Shown here piece after piece: positions 18,282 to 27,850 of a DNA stretch of 64,000 bases (the first letter of the stretch is position 1; the number at the start of each line of letters is the position of its first letter). The translations under genes and the position numbers were made by a program. The notes beneath the pieces were generated by a model. That model searched no databases. It was not told the DNA's origin and saw only the letters and a program-made list of their open reading frames with translations. Origin of the DNA: Gemmatales bacterium. GTDB lineage: Bacteria > Planctomycetota > Planctomycetia > Gemmatales > HRBIN36. The stretch lies in NCBI GenBank assembly GCA_041640595.1, contig JBEPZY010000001.1, positions 1,152,001 through 1,216,000 of the forward strand. The letters are read 5' to 3'.

Positions 18282-19517
18282 CTATATCTCACAGGCTTCA
18301 ACATCGGACTGGTTTACGGTTGGCTCGCCGGGTTCAGAAACGGTCAGAGTTTGACACACATGCTGGCAAAACGACTGTCCGACACCACCCGGTCGAATGG
18401 CCAGGAGTGCATCGCGTGCCGCCAGCAACGCCTGAACCACCTGCGGATCCCATTTGCTGCCGCTCTCAGCAAGCAGTCGCTTTTCGACTTCGCTGACACT
18501 TACCGGCGACCGATCCCAGTAGCCGGTGCTCCAGGCGTCGTAGGCATCGGCCACGGCAATAATGCGGGCCAGGATCGGAATTGCCTCGGACCGGAGTCCA
18601 TCGGGATAACCGCTACCATCGTAGTGTTCGTGATGATGCAAAACTGCCAGTGCGATCTGCCGCAACTTCGGCAAGTCTGCCAGGAAACTGTAGCCGATCT
18701 GCGTGTGTCGCCGAAACTGTTGCCAGTCCTGAGTGCTCCATGCCGTCGTCTTGTGGAAGAGGTACTCCGGTACGCCAATTTTGCCGATGTCGTGCAACAA
18801 CCCGGCCAGGTAAACTTCCCCCAGATCAATCTCCGGAAGCGAAAGTTGGCGGGCGATTTCGACGGCAATCCGCGCGGTGCGCTCGCTGTGACCCGCGCGA
18901 CGAGGGTCTTTGGCATCTACCGCTGCCGTCAATGATCGGGCGAATCCCAGCAGGAGCTGTTGCATTTCATGAGCCTGGCTCACGCTCTGGTCATAGAGAC
19001 GCACCAGGCTGGCAAACGGTGCCAGGAGAGCGGCATCGGTATGGCGGAAACCTTTTTCCGATCCCTTGTTCGCCGCCACCATCCAGCCCAGAGGTCGGGT
19101 ATCTGCCACGTAAATGGCCAAAAGCTGGCGGATTTGCGGAAATTCCCGGTGCCAGGCCGTCTCGGCCGCGTGATTACACAGATAGGTCGGCTCAGCTTTC
19201 CAGTCGTTTTCCCGAGAAATGAGCGCAATCAGGCGAGCGCAGCCCGCTTCCTTCAATAGATTGTTCCCGACTCCGCAGAAGGGCAGTTCCGATTCTCGCG
19301 GGAACCACAACAGAGCTTCGGCATGGATAATGGGAGCCACGCCGGTCAGAATCAACTGCAGGTAACGCCGGGACGGGCGCCCCAACCGCAGCCGTTGCAT
19401 TACCCCATCCACAGTCAGCAAAGCTTCCCAGGGTGTGAGGTCTGGATGCTGGAGAGCCTCGGACGATGGAAGAACGGTCGGTGCAGCCATCTCCAGTTGG
19501 TGTTCCGAAGAAGCCAT
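18282..19517 (-). CDS. GAF-like + HD-GYP domain cyclic-dinucleotide phosphodiesterase
   Basis: GHSER, LLHDIGK, HHEHYDGSGYPDGL, ARIIAVADAYDA; start placed at ATG 19517 after AGGAG (ORF opens at 19697). Confidence 0.88.
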   Translation of the reverse strand: MASSEHQLEMAAPTVLPSSEALQHPDLTPWEALLTVDGVMQRLRLGRPSRRYLQLILTGVAPIIHAEALLWFPRESELPFCGVGNNLLKEAGCARLIALISRENDWKAEPTYLCNHAAETAWHREFPQIRQLLAIYVADTRPLGWMVAANKGSEKGFRHTDAALLAPFASLVRLYDQSVSQAHEMQQLLLGFARSLTAAVDAKDPRRAGHSERTARIAVEIARQLSLPEIDLGEVYLAGLLHDIGKIGVPEYLFHKTTAWSTQDWQQFRRHTQIGYSFLADLPKLRQIALAVLHHHEHYDGSGYPDGLRSEAIPILARIIAVADAYDAWSTGYWDRSPVSVSEVEKRLLAESGSKWDPQVVQALLAARDALLAIRPGGVGQSFCQHVCQTLTVSEPGEPTVNQSDVEACEI

Positions 19518-19754
19518 GCGCATCTCCTGAACGAGGCTGGCCGCGGTGCTCCAGTCCAGGAGCCACCCCGCAGTGGGACGCCGAGCAGGCACTGCCTCCT
19601 GCAGCCCGCCATTTGCTCGGTTCATATTCCAGGCCAGGACGAATTCGTTTTCCTGAACGCTCGTGCAAACATAGCTCATGGTTTTCACCCATGCCAAAGC
19701 CGGTACGCTTTTTCGTGCAGCAGATCATCTTTGCTCTGACGTAAACTGATTCGT

Positions 19755-20909
19755 ATGCCTCAATCCAAACACCAGAAGCTGCCTGCTCTCTATTTGCATA
19801 CCCTACCCGGTCTGGAAAAATTGGCGGCAGAGGAAGTGGAGCGTGTGCTAGGAGGCGAAATTAAACGCGTCGCCAAAGGGCTGGTCGTATTTCGCCTACC
19901 GCACCTGGACCGCTCGATTTTCCGATTGCGGCTGGCCGAGGATGTGTTTTTGTTACTCTGGGGCAGCGACCAACTCAGTTATCGCGCGAAGGACCTCGAA
20001 CTCATTGAGCGGTGGACGGCTCACGAACCGGACTGGGAAACAGCCTGGTTCTGGCATCACCAGCTGCGCCCTAAACCCAGAGGCAAGCCAACCTATCACC
20101 TGGTATGCCAGATGTTCGGCGAGCACGGTTACCGCCGCGTGGACGCTCTCGAAGCCCTGGTGAAGGGACTGCGCGGCAGAATCCCGGCCTCCTGGCGAGC
20201 GGTCGAGGAAGACGCAGCCGTGGAAATCTGGCTCACCATCCGCGGTAAAACTGCCGTTTGCGGTCTGCGCCTCTCCGACCGAACCATGCGGCATCGCGAT
20301 TACAAAGTCGAACACCTGCCCGCTTCGTTGAGACCGGTGGCAGCGGCGGCGCTGATCTGGTTGGCCCAACCGCAATCACACGAGGTGGTACTCGATCCCA
20401 TGTGCGGGGCTGGCACTATCCTGGCCGAGCGACTGGCTTTTGACCGCCACGGACTCATTCTCGGTGGTGATCGCGACTGGACAGCACTGCGAGCTGCTGC
20501 CGCGAACCTGCAATTCTTCGCCTCGCATATCTCCGACCGGGAACATCGGGACGAAGGCAACCAAACCTGGCCACTGGTACGCTGGGATGCTCGCCAGCTT
20601 CCGTTGCGCGATGTCAGTATCCCGGTAATCGCTTGCAATCCACCTTTCGGCAAGCAAATCGGCGCGGGCGAGGATGTCGGCTTGCTTTACCGCGAACTGG
20701 TGCCCGAATGGGACCGCGTGCTGCAACCTCATGGCCGTGTGGCAGTCGTCGTTGCCGACTGGCAGGCATTTGCTCGGCCCGCTCAAAACTGCCGCTGGCA
20801 ATGCCGCCGGAAGTTTTCCGTTCTCTTGCTGGGTCAGGAAGTCTGGCTGTCGCTCTGGGTCAAGCCAGGAGATTCGCACGGGGAAGCTCAGCGTGCCAGG
20901 CGAAACTGA
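19755..20909 (+). CDS. THUMP-type RNA (guanine-N2) methyltransferase, UPF0020 family
   Basis: T.PGLE, ASLRPVAAAAL, LDPMCGAGTI and NPPFG motifs. Confidence 0.85.
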   Translation: MPQSKHQKLPALYLHTLPGLEKLAAEEVERVLGGEIKRVAKGLVVFRLPHLDRSIFRLRLAEDVFLLLWGSDQLSYRAKDLELIERWTAHEPDWETAWFWHHQLRPKPRGKPTYHLVCQMFGEHGYRRVDALEALVKGLRGRIPASWRAVEEDAAVEIWLTIRGKTAVCGLRLSDRTMRHRDYKVEHLPASLRPVAAAALIWLAQPQSHEVVLDPMCGAGTILAERLAFDRHGLILGGDRDWTALRAAAANLQFFASHISDREHRDEGNQTWPLVRWDARQLPLRDVSIPVIACNPPFGKQIGAGEDVGLLYRELVPEWDRVLQPHGRVAVVVADWQAFARPAQNCRWQCRRKFSVLLLGQEVWLSLWVKPGDSHGEAQRARRN

Positions 20910-20933
20910 GACTGGCCAGTCGGCAGACACATC

Positions 20934-23900
20934 TCAACGTAACTCCCAGCGCTGCGGAGAAACCAGCAACCGTGTTTTCCCTTTATGCTGATCGTAAACG
21001 CGATGCATCTCTTCCAGGGAATCAAACCAGCCGACAATATAGGCCGCTCCGAAAGTTTCCCCGGCTTTCACAGGTCGGCCATGCAGCTCCTGAATCATGC
21101 AAATGTAACCGCGACGATGACACCAGGCCTCATACACCACCGATGGTTCCAAGGTCATCCCCGCTAACCACGGGCCCGGTTTTTCTCCGGAGCGAACCTG
21201 ATATGCACGAATAAAGCGCTCCGGAATTTTCTCGCCGTGCCGTTGATAAAGAAATTTCTCGTCCGGGCCGAAATTTTCTGCAAACTCTTTCGCCGGAATC
21301 AGACCCCGGTAGCTCAGGTACACCTGCAGCCAATCCGGCTGGCCCGACTGAGGCATTCGGATATGGCCAGGCATGTCGATTCGGTAAAACACGTTGGGCA
21401 ATGTGTTGGCACTGACGATCTCTTCCGCGGAATAAAAATACCGCTGGCCGGGCACGAACACGAGCGTTTGCGTCCACTGGGAGCCGGCCCGGTAACCAGC
21501 GCCGGGTTGCGTGAAGGTGAAACGAAGCCGTACCGCCACGAAATCCGCCCCGCGAATGATCTCCGGCTGAAGTTGCCTCGCCTGCGTGCAGATTTGTGGC
21601 CCTTCCACATAGTGCTTGGCGAGCCGGCCATGAATTTTCGGATCGCGTGGGTAACCATCCTCCCGCCAGCCTGGTGCCAGCAGGAAGTCCATAATGTGCA
21701 GGCCAAACCCTAAATCGCGAGCTCCCGTCTTTTTGTCCAGAAAACTACCTCCCGCCACGCCGCTCACATAGCCCTTTTTGTTGATGCGGGCCTGGAGACA
21801 ATCGGTGTCAATCACAATGTGGTCTTCCCGATCCTCGATGCGAATGGCCAGCGGCTTGTCATCGCCCGCGGGCAGGCTGACGTAACGCCAGTTCTTCAAA
21901 AACGCGAGCAAATCCGCCATCTGCTCAATCGTGATCTCTTTTTCCAACCCCTCCGGCATCAAGGAAAGCCCCGTAGATTGAATCTCCTCAATTTCCGAAC
22001 GGAGCACCGTGTCGGTTTGGTTTTCCGCGCGTTTGAGCGTAATACTGGTAGGCGATTCCGCCGCGATGATGCCGGTCAATGTTCGCCCACTCCTGGTGGT
22101 GACCACGTACTGAACGTAGTTGCCATCAATAGCCGCGTTAGGAAGCAGGATGTCATGGAGTAATTGCTCCGGCGATTTGGTGCGCAGGTCGGAGATGTCC
22201 GGGCCGACATTGGTGCCAATCCCTGCGACTCGGTGGCAGCTGGCACAGTGTTTTTGAAAAACGGCGCGGCCTCGTGCAACGTCGCCGGGTCGGGCCAGCG
22301 CTGCTCGATACGTCTGCAAAACCTGCCAGCGCTCGCGGGGTGTGCTGGCCGAGAGCACCTGGCTGGCGCGTTTGCGAATTGTCTCATCGCGGTGTTGCAG
22401 AAGTTGCCGCACACGAACCGGGTCCAGCTCGCCAGGTTTGATTCGGCCTTGTTCCACGGCTTCCAGCACCGCCAAGGTGCGATCGCGGTTTTGCAACAAC
22501 GCTTCGAGTAATTCCCTTCGCAACATCGGCGTGGCTCCGGGCCAGAGGCTCAGTAATGCCGTGGTAACTTCTGTTCCGGGATGCTGGGCCAAACCGCGCA
22601 CCGCACCCAGGCGGATTTGCGGATCGCGATCTTCCATCGCCAGTTGCTGCAAAATCGCCGTATTTCGCTTATCCGGCAACTGCGCCAGCAGGTGGATCGC
22701 TTGCAGGCGTTCAGCGCTCGACGCCTCGCTGCTGGCGGCTCTGGCTTGCGCTTGCTGGATGTAGTGATCCAGCCAGGAGGCCAGCTGAGGTTCCTGGCTG
22801 TGCAGGTGAGCCACCCATTGTGCGAGCCGATTGCCTCGTCGGCGCATACCATCGGCAAGTCCGAGCAATATAGCCTGCGCTTCCGCATCGCCCCGACGTT
22901 GCTGCGTCAGGGGTCGAATCGCCTCCGTAATCCGTCGTAAATCCGAACTCGCCCCTATGACGGCGGCCGCTTCTCGCAACAGCTCTCGCCGACCAGCTGG
23001 CGAAGCAGCAGGCTGGCGGGCATTCCACCATTGCACCAGTAAATGGTCCAGACCGTCCCCGGCCGCAATCAGCACCGCTAACCGCACCCAGGAATCATCA
23101 CAAAAGGCTATACCCATCCGGCTGAGGATGGACAACCGATCTGATTTCGGAAATGACGCGAGTGTCAGAACCGTTTGCAGAAGCAGGCGTCCTTTCCTCT
23201 CCTCCTGGGAAAGAGCATCCCCGGCGCTACCTTTGCTTTGAATAGGCTCGTCGCTCGTTCGCAGGAATTGACGTGCCAGGTCCAAAACAGCCTGGCGGAT
23301 TTCCGGTTTCTCCAGGTGAGCTTCGCTAATTTTTACCGCCTGCTGCCGCACCCCCACATGGGCATCGGTGAGCGCTGCCTTCAGCGTGGCGGAGTCCAGT
23401 TGACCGGAATGTTCCAGCAACCATAGCGCCAGGACTCGCGCTTGCGGCGACGGCGAGGTTCTCACAAGCCGTTGCAATTCCGATTTCAACTGCTCCTCGA
23501 CTGGCACAGCTTGCAAAAGCAACCGAAACGCCGTTTGCCGATGCCAGCCATTGCGATGTTCCAGCAACTTGACCCAATCCTTCGGATCGCGGCCACCCAG
23601 ACCATCCACGGGTCGGCGATTCGGCCGGTTTGTCCTTGACGTGATTCTCCAGATCCGCCCCTTCTCTTTGCCCCACAGAAGGTCTGGCCGCTTGCGCAAT
23701 TCGGGTGGCATGTATTCGGGATGTTCGATTACGGCCCGATACATGTCCACGACGTAAAGCGCTCCATCGGGACCTTCGGTCAAAAAAACCGGCCGAAACC
23801 AGTCGTCGGACGAAGCCAGGAATTCTTTGCCGTCGTACATCGGTTTAGCGCTCAACGTTGCCCCATTGGGGTAAAGCCTCTCAGCATGCACGAGATTTCC

Positions 23901-24977
23901 GGGCGGCTCGCATGTCAACACGACACCAGCGTATTCTGCGGGTAAAGCATCGCCGGTATATACGTGAATCCCACAGGCAGCACTGAAGTGTCCCGCGTGC
24001 AAAGAAGAAGTCGTGAAATTGCGGCTGATCGGGTAAACACGTCCACCAGCACCCGCCGGATTTTCCTGCTGATCCAGAACGGAAATGTCCAGCAGCAACG
24101 ATGGCGGCACCAGGTTCGGTTGATGCCGTAAATAGCGTTGCTCGAAGACCACCAGACGCAGATGGTGGCGGTTGTCGCAGACGAATCGTTCGCCCCAGTC
24201 GTCAAAGGTGAGTCCATACTGGCCCGGTCCCGTCAAAGCTTCGTAACGTTCCGGTTTGCGTGGGTCGAACCGGAAATCCATGTTGTTCAACGAAACCGCA
24301 GGCCCAACGGGGCGACCCTGCTGGTCGAGTCGCACCGCCTGGCCGCCTCGCAGACCGTTGGCGCAGTAAATCCAACCATCCATTCCCAGAGTGGGAAAAC
24401 TCAGGCGTAGCTGTGGATTTTCCGCCGCGAATCCCCGATACCAAACCTCGCGTCGCTCGGCCCGGCCAGCTCCTTGCGTATCTGCCAGATACAGTAATTC
24501 CGGAGCCTGGGTTACGAACACACCCTGTTTCCATAACTGCAAACCATTCGCAAAAAGCAGCCTGTCGGCAAAGACGCTGGCCGTCTCGTAGATGCCATCT
24601 CCATCGCGATCGGTGAGTATCTTGATGCGGCCTTCCGGTGGCTGTCCCGGAGGCGGGCCGTTAGGATAATCGGGCATTTCCACGACCCAAATCCGGCCGT
24701 GTTCGTCGAACGCCATCGCCACCGGGCTCTGGATAGTGGGTTCACTGGCCACCAGTTCGATTGTCAAACGATTGTCGGCGAGTTGAAAAAGCTTGAGCGC
24801 CTGTTCCGGCGAATACGGACCATTTTGTGCCGGCAGAGGTACCTGGTTGGTACTGGCCTCGGTATTGCCTGGTGGTGCTTGGCGCTGAGCTAAACTACCC
24901 GTCATCCAGAACCCTGTTATCCCTGTGCTAAGAGCTAGCAAAATCGCCCCAAACCACCGCGCAGCTTTACCGGTCAT
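20934..24977 (-). CDS. PVC-type membrane-bound dehydrogenase domain + HEAT repeats + CxxCH heme-binding domain, with an extra C-terminal domain
   Basis: ELVASEP..SPVAMAFDEHGR, WFRPV..GPDGALYVVDMYR, HEAT-like repeats, GRAVFQKHCASCH, GPDIS, SLMPEGLE, then about 310 additional aa. Confidence 0.88.
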   Translation of the reverse strand: MTGKAARWFGAILLALSTGITGFWMTGSLAQRQAPPGNTEASTNQVPLPAQNGPYSPEQALKLFQLADNRLTIELVASEPTIQSPVAMAFDEHGRIWVVEMPDYPNGPPPGQPPEGRIKILTDRDGDGIYETASVFADRLLFANGLQLWKQGVFVTQAPELLYLADTQGAGRAERREVWYRGFAAENPQLRLSFPTLGMDGWIYCANGLRGGQAVRLDQQGRPVGPAVSLNNMDFRFDPRKPERYEALTGPGQYGLTFDDWGERFVCDNRHHLRLVVFEQRYLRHQPNLVPPSLLLDISVLDQQENPAGAGGRVYPISRNFTTSSLHAGHFSAACGIHVYTGDALPAEYAGVVLTCEPPGNLVHAERLYPNGATLSAKPMYDGKEFLASSDDWFRPVFLTEGPDGALYVVDMYRAVIEHPEYMPPELRKRPDLLWGKEKGRIWRITSRTNRPNRRPVDGLGGRDPKDWVKLLEHRNGWHRQTAFRLLLQAVPVEEQLKSELQRLVRTSPSPQARVLALWLLEHSGQLDSATLKAALTDAHVGVRQQAVKISEAHLEKPEIRQAVLDLARQFLRTSDEPIQSKGSAGDALSQEERKGRLLLQTVLTLASFPKSDRLSILSRMGIAFCDDSWVRLAVLIAAGDGLDHLLVQWWNARQPAASPAGRRELLREAAAVIGASSDLRRITEAIRPLTQQRRGDAEAQAILLGLADGMRRRGNRLAQWVAHLHSQEPQLASWLDHYIQQAQARAASSEASSAERLQAIHLLAQLPDKRNTAILQQLAMEDRDPQIRLGAVRGLAQHPGTEVTTALLSLWPGATPMLRRELLEALLQNRDRTLAVLEAVEQGRIKPGELDPVRVRQLLQHRDETIRKRASQVLSASTPRERWQVLQTYRAALARPGDVARGRAVFQKHCASCHRVAGIGTNVGPDISDLRTKSPEQLLHDILLPNAAIDGNYVQYVVTTRSGRTLTGIIAAESPTSITLKRAENQTDTVLRSEIEEIQSTGLSLMPEGLEKEITIEQMADLLAFLKNWRYVSLPAGDDKPLAIRIEDREDHIVIDTDCLQARINKKGYVSGVAGGSFLDKKTGARDLGFGLHIMDFLLAPGWREDGYPRDPKIHGRLAKHYVEGPQICTQARQLQPEIIRGADFVAVRLRFTFTQPGAGYRAGSQWTQTLVFVPGQRYFYSAEEIVSANTLPNVFYRIDMPGHIRMPQSGQPDWLQVYLSYRGLIPAKEFAENFGPDEKFLYQRHGEKIPERFIRAYQVRSGEKPGPWLAGMTLEPSVVYEAWCHRRGYICMIQELHGRPVKAGETFGAAYIVGWFDSLEEMHRVYDQHKGKTRLLVSPQRWELR

Positions 24978-25208
24978 TGATTCGCCTCCATATAGTTGCC
25001 ACCTCACTGCTTAGGTTATGCGCCGTCAACGCTTCTCCAATCCCGCTGCGGCCGGCCAGTATCCTTGATGCCGAAAATTGATTCGGGTCAACACAGAAAT
25101 TTGTCACCCAACCGTTGCATATTCGCAGCCTGCGCCATAAACCAATAATCGCACGCAAACCGAACTGCCTGTGATTCCGCCAATGCACTCAAGAACAGGA
25201 GGCCTTCC

Positions 25209-26207
25209 ATGCGAACGCTGCTCAGTTGCGTAACCGTAGTAGCGCTGTGCGGCTGGCTCAGCTTGGCTGCCCAACAGCAACCAGCCCAGGTCAAAGTGGC
25301 TACCGACCCGGCTCAAGCTGGCCCGGACTTTCCGTTTCAGGGCGAATATGTCGGTGAAACCGCCAGCAAGCAACGCCTCGGTGCCGAAGTGATCGCCCTT
25401 GGCGACGGTAAGTTCCGCGTCAATTTCCTTCCCGGTGGCTTGCGCGGCGAAGGTGGAAACTACGAGAAGCGCGTCGAGGCCAGTGCCCAGCGCGACGGAG
25501 ATAAGGTGAAAATCGCCAGTAAGGACGGTAAATGGTCCGCCACTATCGAAAATGGCCGCATGTCCGGTACCACTGCTGACGGTAGCCGCTTCGAGTTGAA
25601 ACGAGTCATCCGCGAGAGCAAAACCCTTGGCCAGAAACCACCGGCAGGTGCCGTGGTGCTCTTCGATGGTTCCAATGCGGAAAACTGGGAACCGAAGAGC
25701 CGGGTTCAAGTCGTGGATGGCGCCCTGGTTGGCAACGACATCGCCAGCAAGCAAAAATTCCGCGACCACAAAGTTCACCTGGAGTTTCGCCTGACTTTCA
25801 TGCCTTATGCTAGCGGTCAGGGACGCAGCAACAGCGGTGTTTATATCCAGCATCGCTACGAAATACAGGTGCTCGATAGCTTCGGTTTGCGCGGCGCGAA
25901 TAACGAATGCGGCGGAATTTATGGTCAATACGCTCCCCTTATCAATATGTGCTATCCACCGTTGCAGTGGCAGACTTATGACGTCGAGTTTAAGGCAGCC
26001 CGTTTCGACAGCACCGGTAAAAAAATTGCCAACGCCGTCATGAGCGTCTGGCACAATGGCGTGCTCATCCATGATAAAATCCAGCTCAAGGGACCGACTG
26101 GTGGCGGTCAACCCGAGACGGATACACCCGGCCCTCTTTTCTTGCAGGGGCACGGTGGCCAGGTCCGCTATCGCAATATCTGGGTGGTCGAGACTAAGTC
26201 CGACTAA
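25209..26207 (+). CDS. DUF1080 / 3-keto-disaccharide hydrolase family secreted protein
   Basis: Signal peptide, AVVLFDG, HLEFR, NSGVY, YEIQVLDS, WQTYDV, LQGHG..VRYRNIW. Confidence 0.88.
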   Translation: MRTLLSCVTVVALCGWLSLAAQQQPAQVKVATDPAQAGPDFPFQGEYVGETASKQRLGAEVIALGDGKFRVNFLPGGLRGEGGNYEKRVEASAQRDGDKVKIASKDGKWSATIENGRMSGTTADGSRFELKRVIRESKTLGQKPPAGAVVLFDGSNAENWEPKSRVQVVDGALVGNDIASKQKFRDHKVHLEFRLTFMPYASGQGRSNSGVYIQHRYEIQVLDSFGLRGANNECGGIYGQYAPLINMCYPPLQWQTYDVEFKAARFDSTGKKIANAVMSVWHNGVLIHDKIQLKGPTGGGQPETDTPGPLFLQGHGGQVRYRNIWVVETKSD

Positions 26208-26226
26208 CAGCTAACTCCTAAACTCA

Positions 26227-26940
26227 ATGCCGGACATACCCATCCTCCGAGTCCTGCATGTTTATAAGTATTACATCCGCGGCGAGGAGCGGATAGAGGT
26301 TCTGCAGGACTTATGCTTAGAGGTCCCGTCAGGCGAGTTTATCGCCATTATGGGGCCGAGTGGCTCTGGTAAAACCACTTTGCTTAATCTAATCGCCGGT
26401 TTAGATCGCCCCAGTGAAGGCGAGGTCTGGGTCGGACAGCGCCTTATCTCCGCCATGTCGGAATCTGAACTTACCCGCTGGCGCACTCGCAACATTGGTT
26501 TTATTTTCCAGTTCTATCACCTCATTCCAGTTCTAACTGCCTACGAAAATGTTGAGTTGCCGCTGTTGCTGTTGCCGCTCAGCGCTGCCGAAAGGCGAGA
26601 GCGCGTGGAATTAGTCTTAGAACTGGTCGGACTGGCCGATCGCATGCGCCACCGTCCTGGTCAGCTTTCCGGTGGACAGCAACAGCGCGTCGGGATTGCT
26701 CGCGCAATCGTTACCGACCCGACCCTGATCGTTGCCGACGAACCAACCGGTGATCTCGATGCACGTTCCGCTCGGGAAATTCTCGACCTCATGCAGGAAT
26801 TGCATCAAACGTTAGGAAAAACCATTATCCTGGTCACTCACGATCCCCGGGCCGCCGAACGGGCCCAGAGAATTGTCCACCTGGAAAAAGGTCGGCTTGT
26901 CGCTGTCGAAAAACACGACGCCCTTTCCAGCCGATTCTAA
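26227..26940 (+). CDS. ABC transporter ATP-binding protein (LolD/MacB-type)
   Basis: [41 protein letters not shown]. Confidence 0.9.
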   Translation: MPDIPILRVLHVYKYYIRGEERIEVLQDLCLEVPSGEFIAIMGPSGSGKTTLLNLIAGLDRPSEGEVWVGQRLISAMSESELTRWRTRNIGFIFQFYHLIPVLTAYENVELPLLLLPLSAAERRERVELVLELVGLADRMRHRPGQLSGGQQQRVGIARAIVTDPTLIVADEPTGDLDARSAREILDLMQELHQTLGKTIILVTHDPRAAERAQRIVHLEKGRLVAVEKHDALSSRF

Positions 26941-26949
26941 ATCCTAACC

Positions 26950-27831
26950 ATGACTACCAGCAAGGAACACTTTTCCTGCCACGTGGCCATTATCACGGTA
27001 AGTGATACCCGTACCGAAGCAACCGATACAAGTGGTCAGTTTTTGCGCCAGCTATGCACCCAGGCTGGACATCAAGTTAATTTCTATGCTATCGTCCCCG
27101 ATGATCCGCAGCGCATTCAGCAAATCTTTTCCGATTTAGATCAGCGCACCGATATAGATGTTATTTTGCTGACTGGCGGCACCGGCATCTCCCCGCGCGA
27201 CCAGACTTACGAGGCGGTAATTGCACTATTGGAGAAACGTTTAGATGGGTTCGGTGAGCTTTTTCGCTACCTGAGCTACCAAGAAATTGGAGCAGCAGCG
27301 ATGCTTTCGCGGGCAGTTGCCGGGGTTTGGCACGGGCGTTTAGTTTTTAGCCTCCCAGGCTCCCCGGCAGCGGTGCGCCTGGCCATGGAACAACTTATCT
27401 TGCCGCAACTTTCCCATGCACTGGCGCTAGTGCGTGGCCAAACTACTCATCATCCTCCATGCCGGCACCACCATACATCGGAGCCAACCTCTTCCGATAA
27501 ACCGCCGACACAGCCTATCTTTCTTCGACCGAACCAACACGCTCAGTTTAGCTCTAATAAAATGGCGAAAGTTACACTCTATCAAAGTGAACGGTTCTTC
27601 CTTGGTTTGAACTGTCTTGAACCCGGTCAGGAGCACCAGCTTCATTCGCACCCCGGTCAGGATAAAGCCTATCTCGTATTACAGGGTCAGGGCTTGTTCC
27701 TGCTGCCCCAGGGCGAGCAACCTATGCAGGAAGGTGATATGTTAGTAGCCCCCGCTAATGTTCCGCACGGCATTCGTAATACAGGCAAGCAAGGCCTTAT
27801 CGTGCTGGTACTGATGTCTCCCCCGCCATAG
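26950..27831 (+). CDS. moaB: Molybdenum cofactor biosynthesis MoaB/Mog domain fused to a cupin domain
   Basis: ITVSD, TGGTGISPRD.T.EA, GFGELFR, AMLSRA, LPGSP; C-terminal LHSHPGQDK...PANVPHGIRN cupin. Confidence 0.85.
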   Translation: MTTSKEHFSCHVAIITVSDTRTEATDTSGQFLRQLCTQAGHQVNFYAIVPDDPQRIQQIFSDLDQRTDIDVILLTGGTGISPRDQTYEAVIALLEKRLDGFGELFRYLSYQEIGAAAMLSRAVAGVWHGRLVFSLPGSPAAVRLAMEQLILPQLSHALALVRGQTTHHPPCRHHHTSEPTSSDKPPTQPIFLRPNQHAQFSSNKMAKVTLYQSERFFLGLNCLEPGQEHQLHSHPGQDKAYLVLQGQGLFLLPQGEQPMQEGDMLVAPANVPHGIRNTGKQGLIVLVLMSPPP

Positions 27832-27850
27832 CAACGAACTTGACGCCGAT

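Noticed and set aside
25104..26153. 349-aa minus-strand ORF
   Set aside because: Antisense shadow of the DUF1080 gene, which has the RBS, signal peptide and family motifs
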